Source: a bacterium (GTDB taxonomy: Bacteria > Zhuqueibacterota > Zhuqueibacteria > Residuimicrobiales > Krinioviventaceae). From it: a DNA stretch of 64,000 nt. Below the pieces are notes generated by a model. It was not told the origin of the DNA. It made no database searches and worked only from the letters and a program-made list of their open reading frames with translations. Location of the stretch: the NCBI GenBank assembly GCA_963674595.2, contig CAXXFV010000023.1, positions 768,001 through 832,000 on the forward strand, in the 5' to 3' direction. The position numbers were made by a program, and so were the translations under genes. Shown in pieces: positions 1 to 9,905 of the stretch (its first letter is position 1; each line of letters opens with the position of its first letter).

Positions 1-1
1 C

Positions 2-421
2 ATCGCCATGCCGGAATGGGTTGTCAGCAAACTGGCTGACGCTCTCAATAACCAGGGAAAGGCAGTAAAGGGATCACGGATTTTAATCCTCGGCCTGGCC
101 TATAAACCTGACGTGGATGATGACAGGGAGTCTCCGACCTATAAATTGATGGAGCTGCTGGAGAAAAAAGGGGCGGAGATCGATTATCACGATCCGCATA
201 TTCCGGAAATACCCCCAACCCGTGAATACCGCGTTTACGCGGGAATTAAATCGGTCGGCCTGACAGGTTCCGTCATCAGTTCCTATGACTGTGTTTTAAT
301 AAGCACAAATCACAGCTCGGTTGACTACGAGCTTGTTGTTAAAAACGCCAAACTGGTCGTTGACACCAGGAACGCTACTAAGGGAATCAGTGATCCGAAG
401 AAAAAAATAGTAAAAGCTTAA
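2..421 (+). CDS. Nucleotide-sugar dehydrogenase (UDP-GlcNAc/UDP-Glc 6-dehydrogenase family), C-terminal part, truncated by window start
   Basis: ILGLAYKPDVDDDRESP, HDPH and VVDTRN motifs of the C-terminal UDP-binding domain; lies upstream of wzm/wzt. Confidence 0.9.
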   Translation: MAMPEWVVSKLADALNNQGKAVKGSRILILGLAYKPDVDDDRESPTYKLMELLEKKGAEIDYHDPHIPEIPPTREYRVYAGIKSVGLTGSVISSYDCVLISTNHSSVDYELVVKNAKLVVDTRNATKGISDPKKKIVKA

Positions 422-524
422 GTAACTTGGATTTCAGGATGCCCTGGAACTTGAAATTCACAAACAGCTTTTTCTGTGTAACCTTATTTCCGATTATTCT
501 GTCAGTTGAGGAATCAGAGCAGGC

Positions 525-1331
525 ATGGCAATTATACGAATAGACATAAAGAGGCTGAAGCGAATAATCCTGCACTATGGGGACCTGATTTACAGCTACA
601 CCAAAGCCAATCTCCGTGGTGAGGTAGCCCGGAACTTCCTGGGATACGCCTGGTGGAGCCTGGAACCCATGCTGGGCATGCTGGTGTATTACCTGGTTTT
701 TGCCGTGGGACTGCGTTTAGGAGATGAAAATTTCTTGACATTCCTCCTGGTAGGGACCAGTTTCTGGCTATGGTTCAACAAGACTGTATTGCAGGCATCC
801 ACCAGTATCACGAAGGCTAAAGGGATCATACTCTCAGCCAAGGTATCCAAAATCGTTTTCCCTCTTTCATCTATCCTGCACACGTCTGTCAAACAGATTG
901 TAGTAGTGGGGGTACTGCTGGTGTTCCTCCCGATTGCGGGAATCAAGATTTCCATCTACTGGCTGCTGCTCCCCCTAATAATGGCTGTCCAGCTGTTTTT
1001 TATAGCGGGAGTGTCTCTGTCGGCATCGATTATCGTGCCTATTATCCCTGACATGGGTTTCCTGATTGACACCGCTCTCCGCTTGATGTTCTTTGTTTCC
1101 GGGGTCTTGTTCAGCCTTGACAGGATTGGCCCTCCCTACGGCAAGTACCTCTATTATGGTAATCCAATGGCAGGACTGATCACCAATTACCGAAAAATAC
1201 TGCTGGATGGAGAACTCCCGGATTTTCCCTACCTGGCCGGGTGTTTAATTGCATCTGTTTTCCTGTGCCTTATCGCAGGATTCACGCTTCATAAACTGGA
1301 CAAGTATTATCCGAGATGGGTACTCAAATGA
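525..1331 (+). CDS. wzm: ABC-2 polysaccharide export permease (Wzm/RfbA type)
   Basis: FLGYAWWSLEP N-terminal motif, about 6 TM helices, NPMAGLITNYR; ATGA overlap with the ATPase gene. Confidence 0.88.
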   Translation: MAIIRIDIKRLKRIILHYGDLIYSYTKANLRGEVARNFLGYAWWSLEPMLGMLVYYLVFAVGLRLGDENFLTFLLVGTSFWLWFNKTVLQASTSITKAKGIILSAKVSKIVFPLSSILHTSVKQIVVVGVLLVFLPIAGIKISIYWLLLPLIMAVQLFFIAGVSLSASIIVPIIPDMGFLIDTALRLMFFVSGVLFSLDRIGPPYGKYLYYGNPMAGLITNYRKILLDGELPDFPYLAGCLIASVFLCLIAGFTLHKLDKYYPRWVLK

Positions 1332-2068
1332 AATCAGAACAGGTACTAATAAGGGCTGAAAATATAAGTATCACCTATAGCATGGGATCCTTCTGGAACA
1401 AAACCAGCTATACCCCGATAGAAGACATGACGTTTGATGTAATTTCGGGGCAGAACCTCGGAATAATAGGACGGAACGGAGCCGGAAAATCCACGCTGCT
1501 CCGTCTCCTGGCCGGGATAATCCTGCCTGACGTCGGCAGGATTATCAAGGGACCTGAAGTTTCAGTAAGTATGCTGGTAGCCAATGCAGGTTTTGATCCT
1601 TTTATTTCAGGCAGGGACAACATATACCTGGCCGGAATGATATTCGGCCTGAGCAGAAAAGACCTTAATGAGAAAATGCCCAGGATTGTGGAATTTGCCG
1701 GCATAGGGGACTGGATTGATAAACCGCTGAAAACCTATTCTTCGGGAATGGCTGCCAGGGTGGGGTTTTCCCTCTCGCTTGAAATGACACCGGATGTCCT
1801 GCTTATTGATGAAGCAATGGGTGCGGGGGATGAAAACTTCCGCAAAAAAGCCCGGACCAGGCTGCTGAAAAAAATCCAGTCTGATCAGACAACAGTTATT
1901 GTCAGCCATGACCTGGACGTCCTGACCGATCTATGTTCCCGCGTGATCTGGATTCATGAAAAACGCATCAGGATGGATGGTGACCCCAAAAAAGTTACTG
2001 AAGCCTACCTTAAAACCACCGGCGGCAAAAAAGAAAACAGGAAAAAAAGTATCCTGAAAGGTGACTAG
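1328..2068 (+). CDS. wzt: ABC polysaccharide export ATP-binding protein (Wzt/RfbB type, no C-terminal carbohydrate-binding domain)
   Basis: Walker A GRNGAGKST, YSSGMAAR signature typical of Wzt/TagH, LLIDE, SHD; start placed at ATG 1328 overlapping the wzm stop. Confidence 0.9.
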   Translation: MKSEQVLIRAENISITYSMGSFWNKTSYTPIEDMTFDVISGQNLGIIGRNGAGKSTLLRLLAGIILPDVGRIIKGPEVSVSMLVANAGFDPFISGRDNIYLAGMIFGLSRKDLNEKMPRIVEFAGIGDWIDKPLKTYSSGMAARVGFSLSLEMTPDVLLIDEAMGAGDENFRKKARTRLLKKIQSDQTTVIVSHDLDVLTDLCSRVIWIHEKRIRMDGDPKKVTEAYLKTTGGKKENRKKSILKGD

Positions 2069-2137
2069 CCGGGATTTGTCTTGTTTGGGCAAACTGAAAT
2101 TCCAAATCTTGAACTTCAGACCATGTCCAATGATTCT

Positions 2138-2165
2138 CCATAAGCTGGAAGCTTATGCCACGGCT
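2138..2165. repeat. Short REP-like palindrome CATAAGCTGGAAGCTTATGCCACGG (second copy near 35293)
   Basis: Hairpin CATAAGC-TGGAA-GCTTATG; near-identical copy CATAAGCTGGGAGCTTATGCCACGG at 35293-35317; both lie between convergent genes. Confidence 0.7.
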
Positions 2166-2167
2166 AA

Positions 2168-2196
2168 CCTTGAATCTTGAGTCTTGAATCTTGAAT
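2168..2196 (-). repeat. Heptamer tandem array (TTCAAGA)n on the minus strand
   Basis: ccttgaa tcttgag tcttgaa tcttgaa, about 30 bp downstream of the lipid kinase stop. Confidence 0.85.
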
Positions 2197-2225
2197 TGTG
2201 TGCCTGCGCCCCCGCAGGTACGCGA

Positions 2226-3092
2226 TTATTCCTCCGGACAGACTATATTCAGAGTTTTGGGGTAGAGGCTGAATTCACAGGAGCCTGAAGAGATCAGCTC
2301 CCCGTCCGCCTGGATCGGCAGATCATCCCTTCCCCGGATCCTGAGCTGACTGGTCTTGTAATAAATCACATCACTATGATTAAGATGACTCCCCGTAACG
2401 GAATCGCAGAGAAGGCGTCCCAGCCTGACAATACTGTCTGATGTAAAGAGGCAGACATCCAGCTCTGGAGAAAAAATACTGGCCTTCGGAGCAATCTTGA
2501 AAAATTTTCCGTAAGAACTGCTATTAGAAACCACGGCCATGGTAACCAGTCCGGAATATCCATCCGATTCGATCTCAAACGGTGTCATATTATACTCAGA
2601 ACCCCTGGTTATAGCCGTAACACCGAAGGAGAGAACTCCCAGGTATTTCTTGAGGTAGGCAGGAACACTGGCAATGATATGCCCATCAATACCGGCACTG
2701 GCCATTAGGTGAAACGGACGATTTCCGGCTGAGCCCAGGTACATTTCCCTGACCCTGCATTTTTCCAGCATCATCAGGTCCTCAAAAAGGAAATAAGGCA
2801 TATTCAGCTCATGGACCAGGACATTGGCGGTTCCCCCGGGAAGAAGCATAACCGGGATGCCCCATTCAGTAACTTCAGGAAGCAGGTAATGGAGGGTCCC
2901 GTCACCGCCATAAATTATCAGGAGATCCCGATCCGGAAAACGATCTGCATAGCCAGGCTTGCCGGTATACTCCACCTCAATGTCAAGACCAGATCTCCGC
3001 AGCACATTTAGAACAAAATTCAGCCGCAGGAACTGAATCTCCCTGTTCCCGGCAAGCGGATTATGAAGCAGGAGCGCTTTGCTGAATTTCAT
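2226..3092 (-). CDS. Diacylglycerol kinase family (YegS/DagK-like) lipid kinase
   Basis: NPLAG, GGDGT, LPGGTANVL and QADGE motifs. Confidence 0.92.
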   Translation of the reverse strand: MKFSKALLLHNPLAGNREIQFLRLNFVLNVLRRSGLDIEVEYTGKPGYADRFPDRDLLIIYGGDGTLHYLLPEVTEWGIPVMLLPGGTANVLVHELNMPYFLFEDLMMLEKCRVREMYLGSAGNRPFHLMASAGIDGHIIASVPAYLKKYLGVLSFGVTAITRGSEYNMTPFEIESDGYSGLVTMAVVSNSSSYGKFFKIAPKASIFSPELDVCLFTSDSIVRLGRLLCDSVTGSHLNHSDVIYYKTSQLRIRGRDDLPIQADGELISSGSCEFSLYPKTLNIVCPEE

Positions 3093-3177
3093 CTGAACCT
3101 GAATTCTTCTTTGAATGAAAACCGGAGCCCGTATCTATCGAAATACGGCTAATCCCGGTACCGTCCAGAACGAACTG

Positions 3178-4488
3178 CTATCTTGCCGCGGTTGCGGTAA
3201 CATTTCTATCTACTTCACCATCAGCATCCGCCATCAGAAGTTTTTTGTCCTCCTGGTTCAGCCTTTCGAGAAAAGCATCCCTGAAAGCGATGTAGGCAGG
3301 CATCACTGAGGCGCTGACCCCTGTTTCAGAAGGCAGGGCGATCATTTTCCTGGGATTAAGCCACTTTCCCCGGTTGTCCTGAATCCTGTAATCAAGATGC
3401 GGGCCGGTTGCCGAACCAGTCATACCGACCAGTCCAATACGCTGTCCCTGCGATACACTTTGGCCGGCATTTACCAGCATTTTGGATAGATGCAGGTAGT
3501 AGGTGTGGAAACCATTCGTATGGCGAAGTTTTATAAAATTACCGTTGGCCCCCTTATAATGAGCCTCTACAACTCGCCCGCTGGCTGATGCCAGGACAGG
3601 CGTACCCTTTGGAGCAGCGTAGTCTACCCCGTAATGGGGCATCCTAACCTTGTGAATAGGATGAAGCCGGGAACTTGAAAAATTCGAGCTGATCCTGTGA
3701 TCATATTTAAATGGCGCTTTCAGGAAGGCCTTTTTCACGCCTTTTCCATCATAATCGAAATAACTGCTTTTCCCGGTTTCAGGGTTCATGAAGAGAAACC
3801 CGTAAAAATCCTTGCCGCCATTATGAAAACTGATCGCCTTTACCTGTCCGTATCCCAGAAACTCACCTTCACAAAATTTCTTCTCCAGGATTACCTTGAA
3901 TGTATCTCCGGGCTGAAGCGCAAAAAAATCGACGTCCCATTGCATTGGCTCATAAATGGACATCACCAGCTCTCCGCTCTCTCCGCGGGAAATAATCGTA
4001 TCCCACAAGCTGGTGCGGATTTCCCCTTGTATTAATTCTTCCCTGATCTCTACCGGGCGATCTACTTTTAACGCCTGGAAGCCTGTATCATTGCGAATAA
4101 CTGCCACATACTCTTCCCTGCTGACGTTGTAGATGAAGCGGCGGAACCTGCCGTCTGCGTATTTTTCCAGTGAATAGGTGGCATCTGATTTCACCTTGTT
4201 GAAGTCATAAACATCCTTTGAATCTGCAACCAGGTAATGCAGCTCCTGGGGAGTGAATCCATTTCCCAGCAAAACATCCCGTAAATTTGAATCCCTTCCA
4301 AACGCCCCTGTAGATCGGACTACCTTAAACGCGTCAGGAACTGGAGGGCCCATCACTAGCTCTGGTTCCGCAGGCTCTTCCTGGACTTCTCTTCCCGTTA
4401 CGGAATACCAGGTCACCAGGAGCAGCGCGGTGACGATAAAAATACCGGCTACCAGAAACAAACTTGATTTTCTGTCCAGCAATTTCAT
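3178..4488 (-). CDS. M23 family peptidoglycan DD-endopeptidase (MepM/Csd3-like)
   Basis: N-terminal TM anchor; HYGVDYAA and ATGPHLDY zinc motifs; YLHLS. Confidence 0.93.
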   Translation of the reverse strand: MKLLDRKSSLFLVAGIFIVTALLLVTWYSVTGREVQEEPAEPELVMGPPVPDAFKVVRSTGAFGRDSNLRDVLLGNGFTPQELHYLVADSKDVYDFNKVKSDATYSLEKYADGRFRRFIYNVSREEYVAVIRNDTGFQALKVDRPVEIREELIQGEIRTSLWDTIISRGESGELVMSIYEPMQWDVDFFALQPGDTFKVILEKKFCEGEFLGYGQVKAISFHNGGKDFYGFLFMNPETGKSSYFDYDGKGVKKAFLKAPFKYDHRISSNFSSSRLHPIHKVRMPHYGVDYAAPKGTPVLASASGRVVEAHYKGANGNFIKLRHTNGFHTYYLHLSKMLVNAGQSVSQGQRIGLVGMTGSATGPHLDYRIQDNRGKWLNPRKMIALPSETGVSASVMPAYIAFRDAFLERLNQEDKKLLMADADGEVDRNVTATAAR

Positions 4489-4490
4489 GT

Positions 4491-5009
4491 TCAGGAATCC
4501 CTCTGTTTCTTTTTATTACCGTTTTTTTTGAGTTTTTCCAGAATCTTCTGTTCTACAAAATCAGGAACAAGCCCCTCCACCGATCCTCCAAGCGCCACAA
4601 CCTCCTTCACCTGGCTGGAACTCAGGTAGGTATACTCAGAGGAAGGCATCAGGAAGATTGTTTCAACTTCTCTCTCCAGTCGCCGGTTCATCAGCGCCAG
4701 CTGAAACTCATAATCAAAATCTGTCACTGCCCGCAGGCCTCTTATGACAACACCGGCTTTCTTCTCCTTGGCAAAATTAACCAGAAGGCCGTCAAAACGT
4801 GCCACCTCAACATTGTCAAACGGTTTGATAGCCAGGGCCAGCATTTCAGCCCTCTCGGCCGCACTAAAAAAAGGATCCTTTCGTTCATTTTTAAGTACAG
4901 CTACAATAACCTTGCTGAAAATCCGGCTTCCCCTCTGGATTATGTCCAAATGCCCGTTGGTAACAGGATCAAATGAACCTGGATAGATTGCGACACCCGC
5001 TTTATTCAT
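4491..5009 (-). CDS. coaD: Phosphopantetheine adenylyltransferase
   Basis: YPGSFDPVTNGH, RGLRAVTDFDYE, SSSQVKE. Confidence 0.98.
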   Translation of the reverse strand: MNKAGVAIYPGSFDPVTNGHLDIIQRGSRIFSKVIVAVLKNERKDPFFSAAERAEMLALAIKPFDNVEVARFDGLLVNFAKEKKAGVVIRGLRAVTDFDYEFQLALMNRRLEREVETIFLMPSSEYTYLSSSQVKEVVALGGSVEGLVPDFVEQKILEKLKKNGNKKKQRDS

Positions 5010-5241
5010 ATTTTTACTTTTTCCCTGCTCCGCCAGTTAACGGCTACTTGCACAATTTATACTTGAGAGGTTCTCTGTCACAGAGCCTGTATCCGCAGGC
5101 TTACCGATCTATTATAACCATTCTCTCTGTAACCTGAATTATTTTCGAACCGTGATCTGCCAAGCCCGCTTAAAAAAACCTTGACGGAGATATAATCTGC
5201 TGAGAGAATTTAAATGCTCACCCGGTATTCTTCAGGGGCTA

Positions 5242-5883
5242 TTGTGCCCGAACGCCTCTATTACGACAAAACGTATTTTTGTGCTTAGAGATAAGGTTTG
5301 GGAAGAAAATCAACGTCTCTTCCGATCAATTGTTTTTGCTATTGTCAGAAACCCGGCTGACATTGAAGACGTCCTCCAGGAAACATACCGGAGAATCCTT
5401 AAAACACCCTCCCAAATAACCAGTCGGGAAGAAGCGTTTTATTACCTCAAAAAAAGTGTCCGGAACACGGCTATCGACTGGAACAGGAAGTCATTCAGGA
5501 GAAACCTCACGGTCAAGGAACAGGTTTCAGACTACGACAGGCTGGAAGAATTACATTCATCAGGAGACAGTCCACTTTCTCAACTGCTGGAAGAAGAGAG
5601 AAAACAGTCTTACGCTGATTTCATCAGTGAAGTGTACCTAGCCATGGATGAACTCCCTGAAAAGCAGCGAGAGGCGGTAAAAGCATTTTTCTCGGTTAGG
5701 GGCGCTCCGTCTCCGAAAGAACTCTGCGCTATTAAAAACATTCCCTATTCAACGCTGCGGAGCAGGATGGTCAAAGGGATCGACTCAATCAGGGACATCC
5801 TGTCTAAAAAAAATATACCCGGTTTCGCTAAAGCCATTTCTGAAACGTTATTAAAGAAAACAGAAAAGAGCGCAGTTAAATGA
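5242..5883 (+). CDS. ECF-type RNA polymerase sigma factor (start uncertain; GTG at 5281 is possible)
   Basis: Region 2 DIEDVLQETY...RNTAIDWNRK; region 4 LPEKQREAV...STLRSRMVKG. Confidence 0.88.
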   Translation: MCPNASITTKRIFVLRDKVWEENQRLFRSIVFAIVRNPADIEDVLQETYRRILKTPSQITSREEAFYYLKKSVRNTAIDWNRKSFRRNLTVKEQVSDYDRLEELHSSGDSPLSQLLEEERKQSYADFISEVYLAMDELPEKQREAVKAFFSVRGAPSPKELCAIKNIPYSTLRSRMVKGIDSIRDILSKKNIPGFAKAISETLLKKTEKSAVK

Positions 5884-6563
5884 AATGTACTGATATTTTG
5901 CTTTACGAGTATCTCTCCGGCAATTTAAATCCGGAAGAGGCAGAAAAAACAGCCGCGCACCTGGAGGAGTGCCCGGAATGCAGGGAGAAATTCAAAATCA
6001 TGGTAGCCCTGGACAATCCGCGGATGCCGTCCCTGCAAAAAAAATCGAACAGGTTCATCCCTGCCGGGAGAAATCTGCGACTCGCTGCTGCCGGGCTGCT
6101 CCTGGCTGTTGTCCTTTCCATTTTGTACAGCCAGCTTCCAACTGACTGCGGTTTTCCGGCCAGCAGTACCCTGGCAACCAGCCAGCCCTATCCCCTGGTT
6201 ATGCTGGAGACCAGGAACAGCAGCGGGGCCGGTCTCACCAGGGGACTCCATCTTTACCGGGAGGGGAGCTATCGGGAGGCTCTGGCCGAACTGGAGCAAT
6301 ATGAAGAAAACCATGACGCCCTGTTCTTTTCTGCCATATCCCTGTACATGCTTGATGAACCGGTAAAAGCTTTAGAAAAGTTAAAACGGCTAGCCGTAGT
6401 TTCTGAAAAATGGGCTTTCGCTGCTGACTGGTACCGTTCCCAGTCCCTGCTGAAGCTTGGGAAAACCGACGAAGCAGTTTCTGTTCTGAAAAAAATCTCC
6501 GAAACCGAAAACCAATACCGAAAGCAGGCACTTGAACTTATAAAAAAACTGGAAGAACAATGA
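5880..6563 (+). CDS. Zinc-finger (zf-HC2/ZAS) anti-sigma factor with one TM helix and a C-terminal TPR-like domain
   Basis: HLEECPECR = HxxxCxxC; hydrophobic helix LAAAGLLLAVVLSIL; helical repeats; ATGA overlaps with both neighbours. Confidence 0.85.
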   Translation: MKCTDILLYEYLSGNLNPEEAEKTAAHLEECPECREKFKIMVALDNPRMPSLQKKSNRFIPAGRNLRLAAAGLLLAVVLSILYSQLPTDCGFPASSTLATSQPYPLVMLETRNSSGAGLTRGLHLYREGSYREALAELEQYEENHDALFFSAISLYMLDEPVKALEKLKRLAVVSEKWAFAADWYRSQSLLKLGKTDEAVSVLKKISETENQYRKQALELIKKLEEQ

Positions 6564-9091
6564 CAGGGGAAAATTTCTTGCTGTTTCTCGCCGTTTCAAT
6601 TCTACTCTTGTCCGGGTTTTGCCTGGCCGGAGAATCTGAAATATGCAGTTTCAGGAACGACCCTCTCTGTTTCCACGAAAACATGAGAAGAAGAGCAATG
6701 GAAGGGATGGACAACCGGGCCGTGCTGGAGAATCTCCATACCGAGTTCCTGGAACACTCCTTTGATGGGCTGTTAAAAAGCCACCCCAAAGGGAACGCAG
6801 GATTTATTCTCCTTTACAGTGCCTGGGTTCGCTGGAATGAATCCAGGCAAGACGAAGCACTGCAGTACTACACTATAGCCAGGCGGGTATTCCGGGAGGC
6901 GGGCATGGCAAGCGAGTCCCGTTTCTGCCTTTATTACATGGCTCGGATTGCCGCTGAACAGGAAAAGTTTTCGGAAAGTATAAACCTTCTGAAACAGGCT
7001 CTTGCTGAAGGAACAGCAGTCAACGCGCCTTACCTGGAAGGCCTGGTTAATGAAAGCCTGGGTTACGCGTTATGGTATATGGACAGGCTGCCGGAGAGCG
7101 CGGAATCCTTCGGCAGATCGGCTGAGCTGTGGCTCCGGATCGGGTATAAACCAGGAATGGTCAACTGCTGGAGCAACCTCGGTTTGCTTTTCCAGGAACT
7201 GGACCTGCCGGACCAGGCCTGGAGAGCATATGAAAACGCCATCAATTGCCTGCAGGAAGATACCTTCCCGGAAATCAAGTTCCTCCTTTATCGCAACTGC
7301 GCCCTATTCCATTATCGTAATAATCACCAGGAACTTGCTTCTTACTACCTCCTCAACTGCCGGGAATTCAGGGAGTGTGATGAAACTCTCTATATCCTTG
7401 CCAAAGCTGAAATACTGGAACAGCCTGAGCTGCTTATTTCCTTGAATCCCGAGATTCCATCCATGGTTTTTATCAGGGACCTCCTCCTTGCCAAGTTTCA
7501 AAAAAAAGAGGGCAATATCAGTGAGGCCATCGGCCTGATCAGGAAGGTAATAAAAGAAAGCCAGTCATTAAACATGCCGAGGCATACCCGGGAGGCGCGC
7601 CTTTCGCTGGCGGAAATCATGGTAGAGCATGGATCAGCGGATGAAGCAAGGAAGCTATTCCAGCAGTCCCTGAATGAGAGTACCTACCTCAACAGTATAG
7701 ATATTCTCCTCCCCTTTTCCAATTCATCAGAGCGGCAGTTGAATGGCCTGATACGCTGCCTGGTCAGAAGCGGAAAGATACGCGAGGCCCGGTCTTCCAT
7801 ACAGGAGGCAGCATCACTCAAAACCCGAAAAGGCAGACTGTTTCTTCGCAGCCTGAAGAACCAGTCCAAGTCCGATTCAAACAGGCTCCTCAACAGGGCG
7901 GTAATGAAAATGGAAGGGAAAACTGATTTCAAGCTCGGTCTTACCTCCGAACCTGTGTGCCCGCCTGCTGGTGTCACTATGATAGAGTTCTGGCCTGATG
8001 GGAAAGAATTATTTGTGTGGATTGACAATCCCCGCAGTCATTACTTTCTGCAGCTGGAGCTGAATGACTGGATCGGGGATATCATTCGCAGGCTAACATC
8101 TTCTCTCTATTCCCAGGAACCCTTCCTTCCCCCTGAACCTTCCGGTGAAATTTCAATAAGTCTTTACCGTCAACTATTCCAGCCGATGGAACATCTCATT
8201 GCAAATAAACGACTCCTGCTAATAGCCCATAAAGAGCTGCAGTCCCTGCCTTTTGAAATGCTGCAGCCATGCCCGGGTAATTACCTCCTGGAAAAATACA
8301 CCTTCAGTTACCTTCCGGGACGGCATTACCATTGCCGGACTGAGGAAATAACCCAGCCGCCTCTGCTGATCCAGCCTTCCGGATTCAGCAGCAGGGCGGG
8401 AGCTGCCGGGGAACTTGAATTCCTGCAGTCGATCCACCCTGGCCTTAAAACACTGGAGTCTCTTGATATCAGGACTCCCTTGACCGCCAGCCTGATCCAT
8501 ATAACATCACATCTAAAACTGGACCGTAGGTACTGGCTCAATTCCGCCCTTGCCAGCGAAAATTACTCAAAATCAATGGCTGATCTATTTAAACAGGAGA
8601 TGAGATGCAACCTGCTCTCCCTGGGTGTCTGCGAATCTGCCAATTCAGCTACCTCGGCTTCCCCTTACTGGATGGGATTTTCAGAAATGTTCATGCTAAA
8701 CGGAGCAAATACCCTCCTGACCAGTAGATGGAGGATGGACGAACTTTCATCTCATATCTACACTGAATTTTTTAAATTGTGCAGGGATGGTATGGCCATG
8801 GATGAGGCTCTCAGGAAATCCAGGTTAAAATTCCTGAAACCGGAGAAATATGGATTGCCGCCACAGGCCGCTCACCCCTTCTACTGGGCCGGAATCACGT
8901 ACGTCGGAGAACCGGGAAGGATGCTTTCTTTCCCCGTAAAGAATAAAAACAGTGCAGGTATTGTCCCGGTTATCTTTTGGTTAACCCTGCTGGCGGCTGC
9001 CCTATTCAGGGATAAGTGGGCTTTTTGTGCCAGGAGGATATTAGGCGCATTGAAGGCAATGCAAGATTCAAGAGTCAAGATTCAAGATTAG
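6560..9091 (+). CDS. TPR + CHAT (caspase-HetF family) protein with signal peptide and C-terminal TM helix
   Basis: TPRs (WSNLGLLFQEL); LQSLPFEML; IHITSH and LSLGVCES carry the putative His/Cys dyad; LTSRWRMDE; HPFYWAG. Confidence 0.85.
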   Translation: MTGENFLLFLAVSILLLSGFCLAGESEICSFRNDPLCFHENMRRRAMEGMDNRAVLENLHTEFLEHSFDGLLKSHPKGNAGFILLYSAWVRWNESRQDEALQYYTIARRVFREAGMASESRFCLYYMARIAAEQEKFSESINLLKQALAEGTAVNAPYLEGLVNESLGYALWYMDRLPESAESFGRSAELWLRIGYKPGMVNCWSNLGLLFQELDLPDQAWRAYENAINCLQEDTFPEIKFLLYRNCALFHYRNNHQELASYYLLNCREFRECDETLYILAKAEILEQPELLISLNPEIPSMVFIRDLLLAKFQKKEGNISEAIGLIRKVIKESQSLNMPRHTREARLSLAEIMVEHGSADEARKLFQQSLNESTYLNSIDILLPFSNSSERQLNGLIRCLVRSGKIREARSSIQEAASLKTRKGRLFLRSLKNQSKSDSNRLLNRAVMKMEGKTDFKLGLTSEPVCPPAGVTMIEFWPDGKELFVWIDNPRSHYFLQLELNDWIGDIIRRLTSSLYSQEPFLPPEPSGEISISLYRQLFQPMEHLIANKRLLLIAHKELQSLPFEMLQPCPGNYLLEKYTFSYLPGRHYHCRTEEITQPPLLIQPSGFSSRAGAAGELEFLQSIHPGLKTLESLDIRTPLTASLIHITSHLKLDRRYWLNSALASENYSKSMADLFKQEMRCNLLSLGVCESANSATSASPYWMGFSEMFMLNGANTLLTSRWRMDELSSHIYTEFFKLCRDGMAMDEALRKSRLKFLKPEKYGLPPQAAHPFYWAGITYVGEPGRMLSFPVKNKNSAGIVPVIFWLTLLAAALFRDKWAFCARRILGALKAMQDSRVKIQD
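9060..9090 (+). repeat. Heptamer array (TTCAAGA)n forming the 3' end of the CHAT ORF
   Basis: tgcaaga ttcaaga gtcaaga ttcaaga tt. Confidence 0.8.
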
Positions 9092-9135
9092 GGGAGGAGG
9101 TGGAGCAGGAGAAATCAGGAGCTGATTCCGGAACC

Positions 9136-9702
9136 CTATTTTGAATTCTGAATTAATTTCAGCAGGATCAGTCGGCTGCCTCCGCCCTCTAGCTCCCGTT
9201 CCACGGAAAACATTTCAGGCACTAAATCAAGAGAAGTTTTCTTAAAATATTCCAGGATCACCAGCGAATCCTCATTAATCCAGTCAGATTCGGAAAGTTT
9301 ACTTAACAGCTTGGTATATCTGCCGAAATCAAAGGGAGGGTCCAGATATACATGGGTCGCAGGACGTTCGATAAAAGCTCCTGAAGAATTGCGGATCAGG
9401 GTAAAGGCATCCCTCTGCAAAATCCTGTGAGGTATGTCCATTCCTATCCGGTCAATATTGGTCTCAATCAGCTTGATCCCTGTGCGGTCACGGTCATTGA
9501 ACAGGACAAAATCAGCGCCCCGGCTGGCGGCTTCAATGCCAACGGCCCCGGATCCCGCAAAAAGATCAACCCATATTGAATGAAGAAGCGATTCATCTAT
9601 TACGCTGAATAGTTTCTCCCGCAGGCTGTCCATAGTGGGACGGACTTCGCCCCTGACCTTTGCTAATTGCCTGCCCCTATATTTTCCGCCTATTATTCTC
9701 AT
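9136..9702 (-). CDS. rsmD: 16S rRNA (guanine966-N2)-methyltransferase
   Basis: MRIIGGKYRGR, RPT, DLFAGSGAVGIEAASRGA, LDPPF; start placed at the internal ATG (MRIIGG). Confidence 0.95.
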   Translation of the reverse strand: MRIIGGKYRGRQLAKVRGEVRPTMDSLREKLFSVIDESLLHSIWVDLFAGSGAVGIEAASRGADFVLFNDRDRTGIKLIETNIDRIGMDIPHRILQRDAFTLIRNSSGAFIERPATHVYLDPPFDFGRYTKLLSKLSESDWINEDSLVILEYFKKTSLDLVPEMFSVERELEGGGSRLILLKLIQNSK

Positions 9703-9827
9703 AATATTAAAGGTTACACCCCGGACAGCCATTTTATCAGAAAGAACGATTCCAGGCCCGCGGCCGGCGGATTCAGGATCGTCAAAAGGAAATTCAGGAT
9801 TGAAAAATTACTCCTGTAAGGAATTTG

Positions 9828-9885
9828 CCTTGAACCTTGAAACTTAAACTCCCCCCAAAGCGGGGCCAATCTTGAATCTTGAATT
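9828..9885 (-). repeat. Degenerate heptamer array (TTCAAGA/TTCAAGG) downstream of recG
   Basis: ccttgaa ccttgaa acttaaa ... tcttgaa tcttgaa tt. Confidence 0.7.
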
Positions 9886-9905
9886 AAAAAGCACCGCTTT
9901 CAAAC

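Noticed and set aside
5242-9091. Type III-E CRISPR Craspase locus
   Set aside because: No Cas7-11, Csx30/31 or array is present, and the CHAT protein appears exported. Only the analogy is kept.
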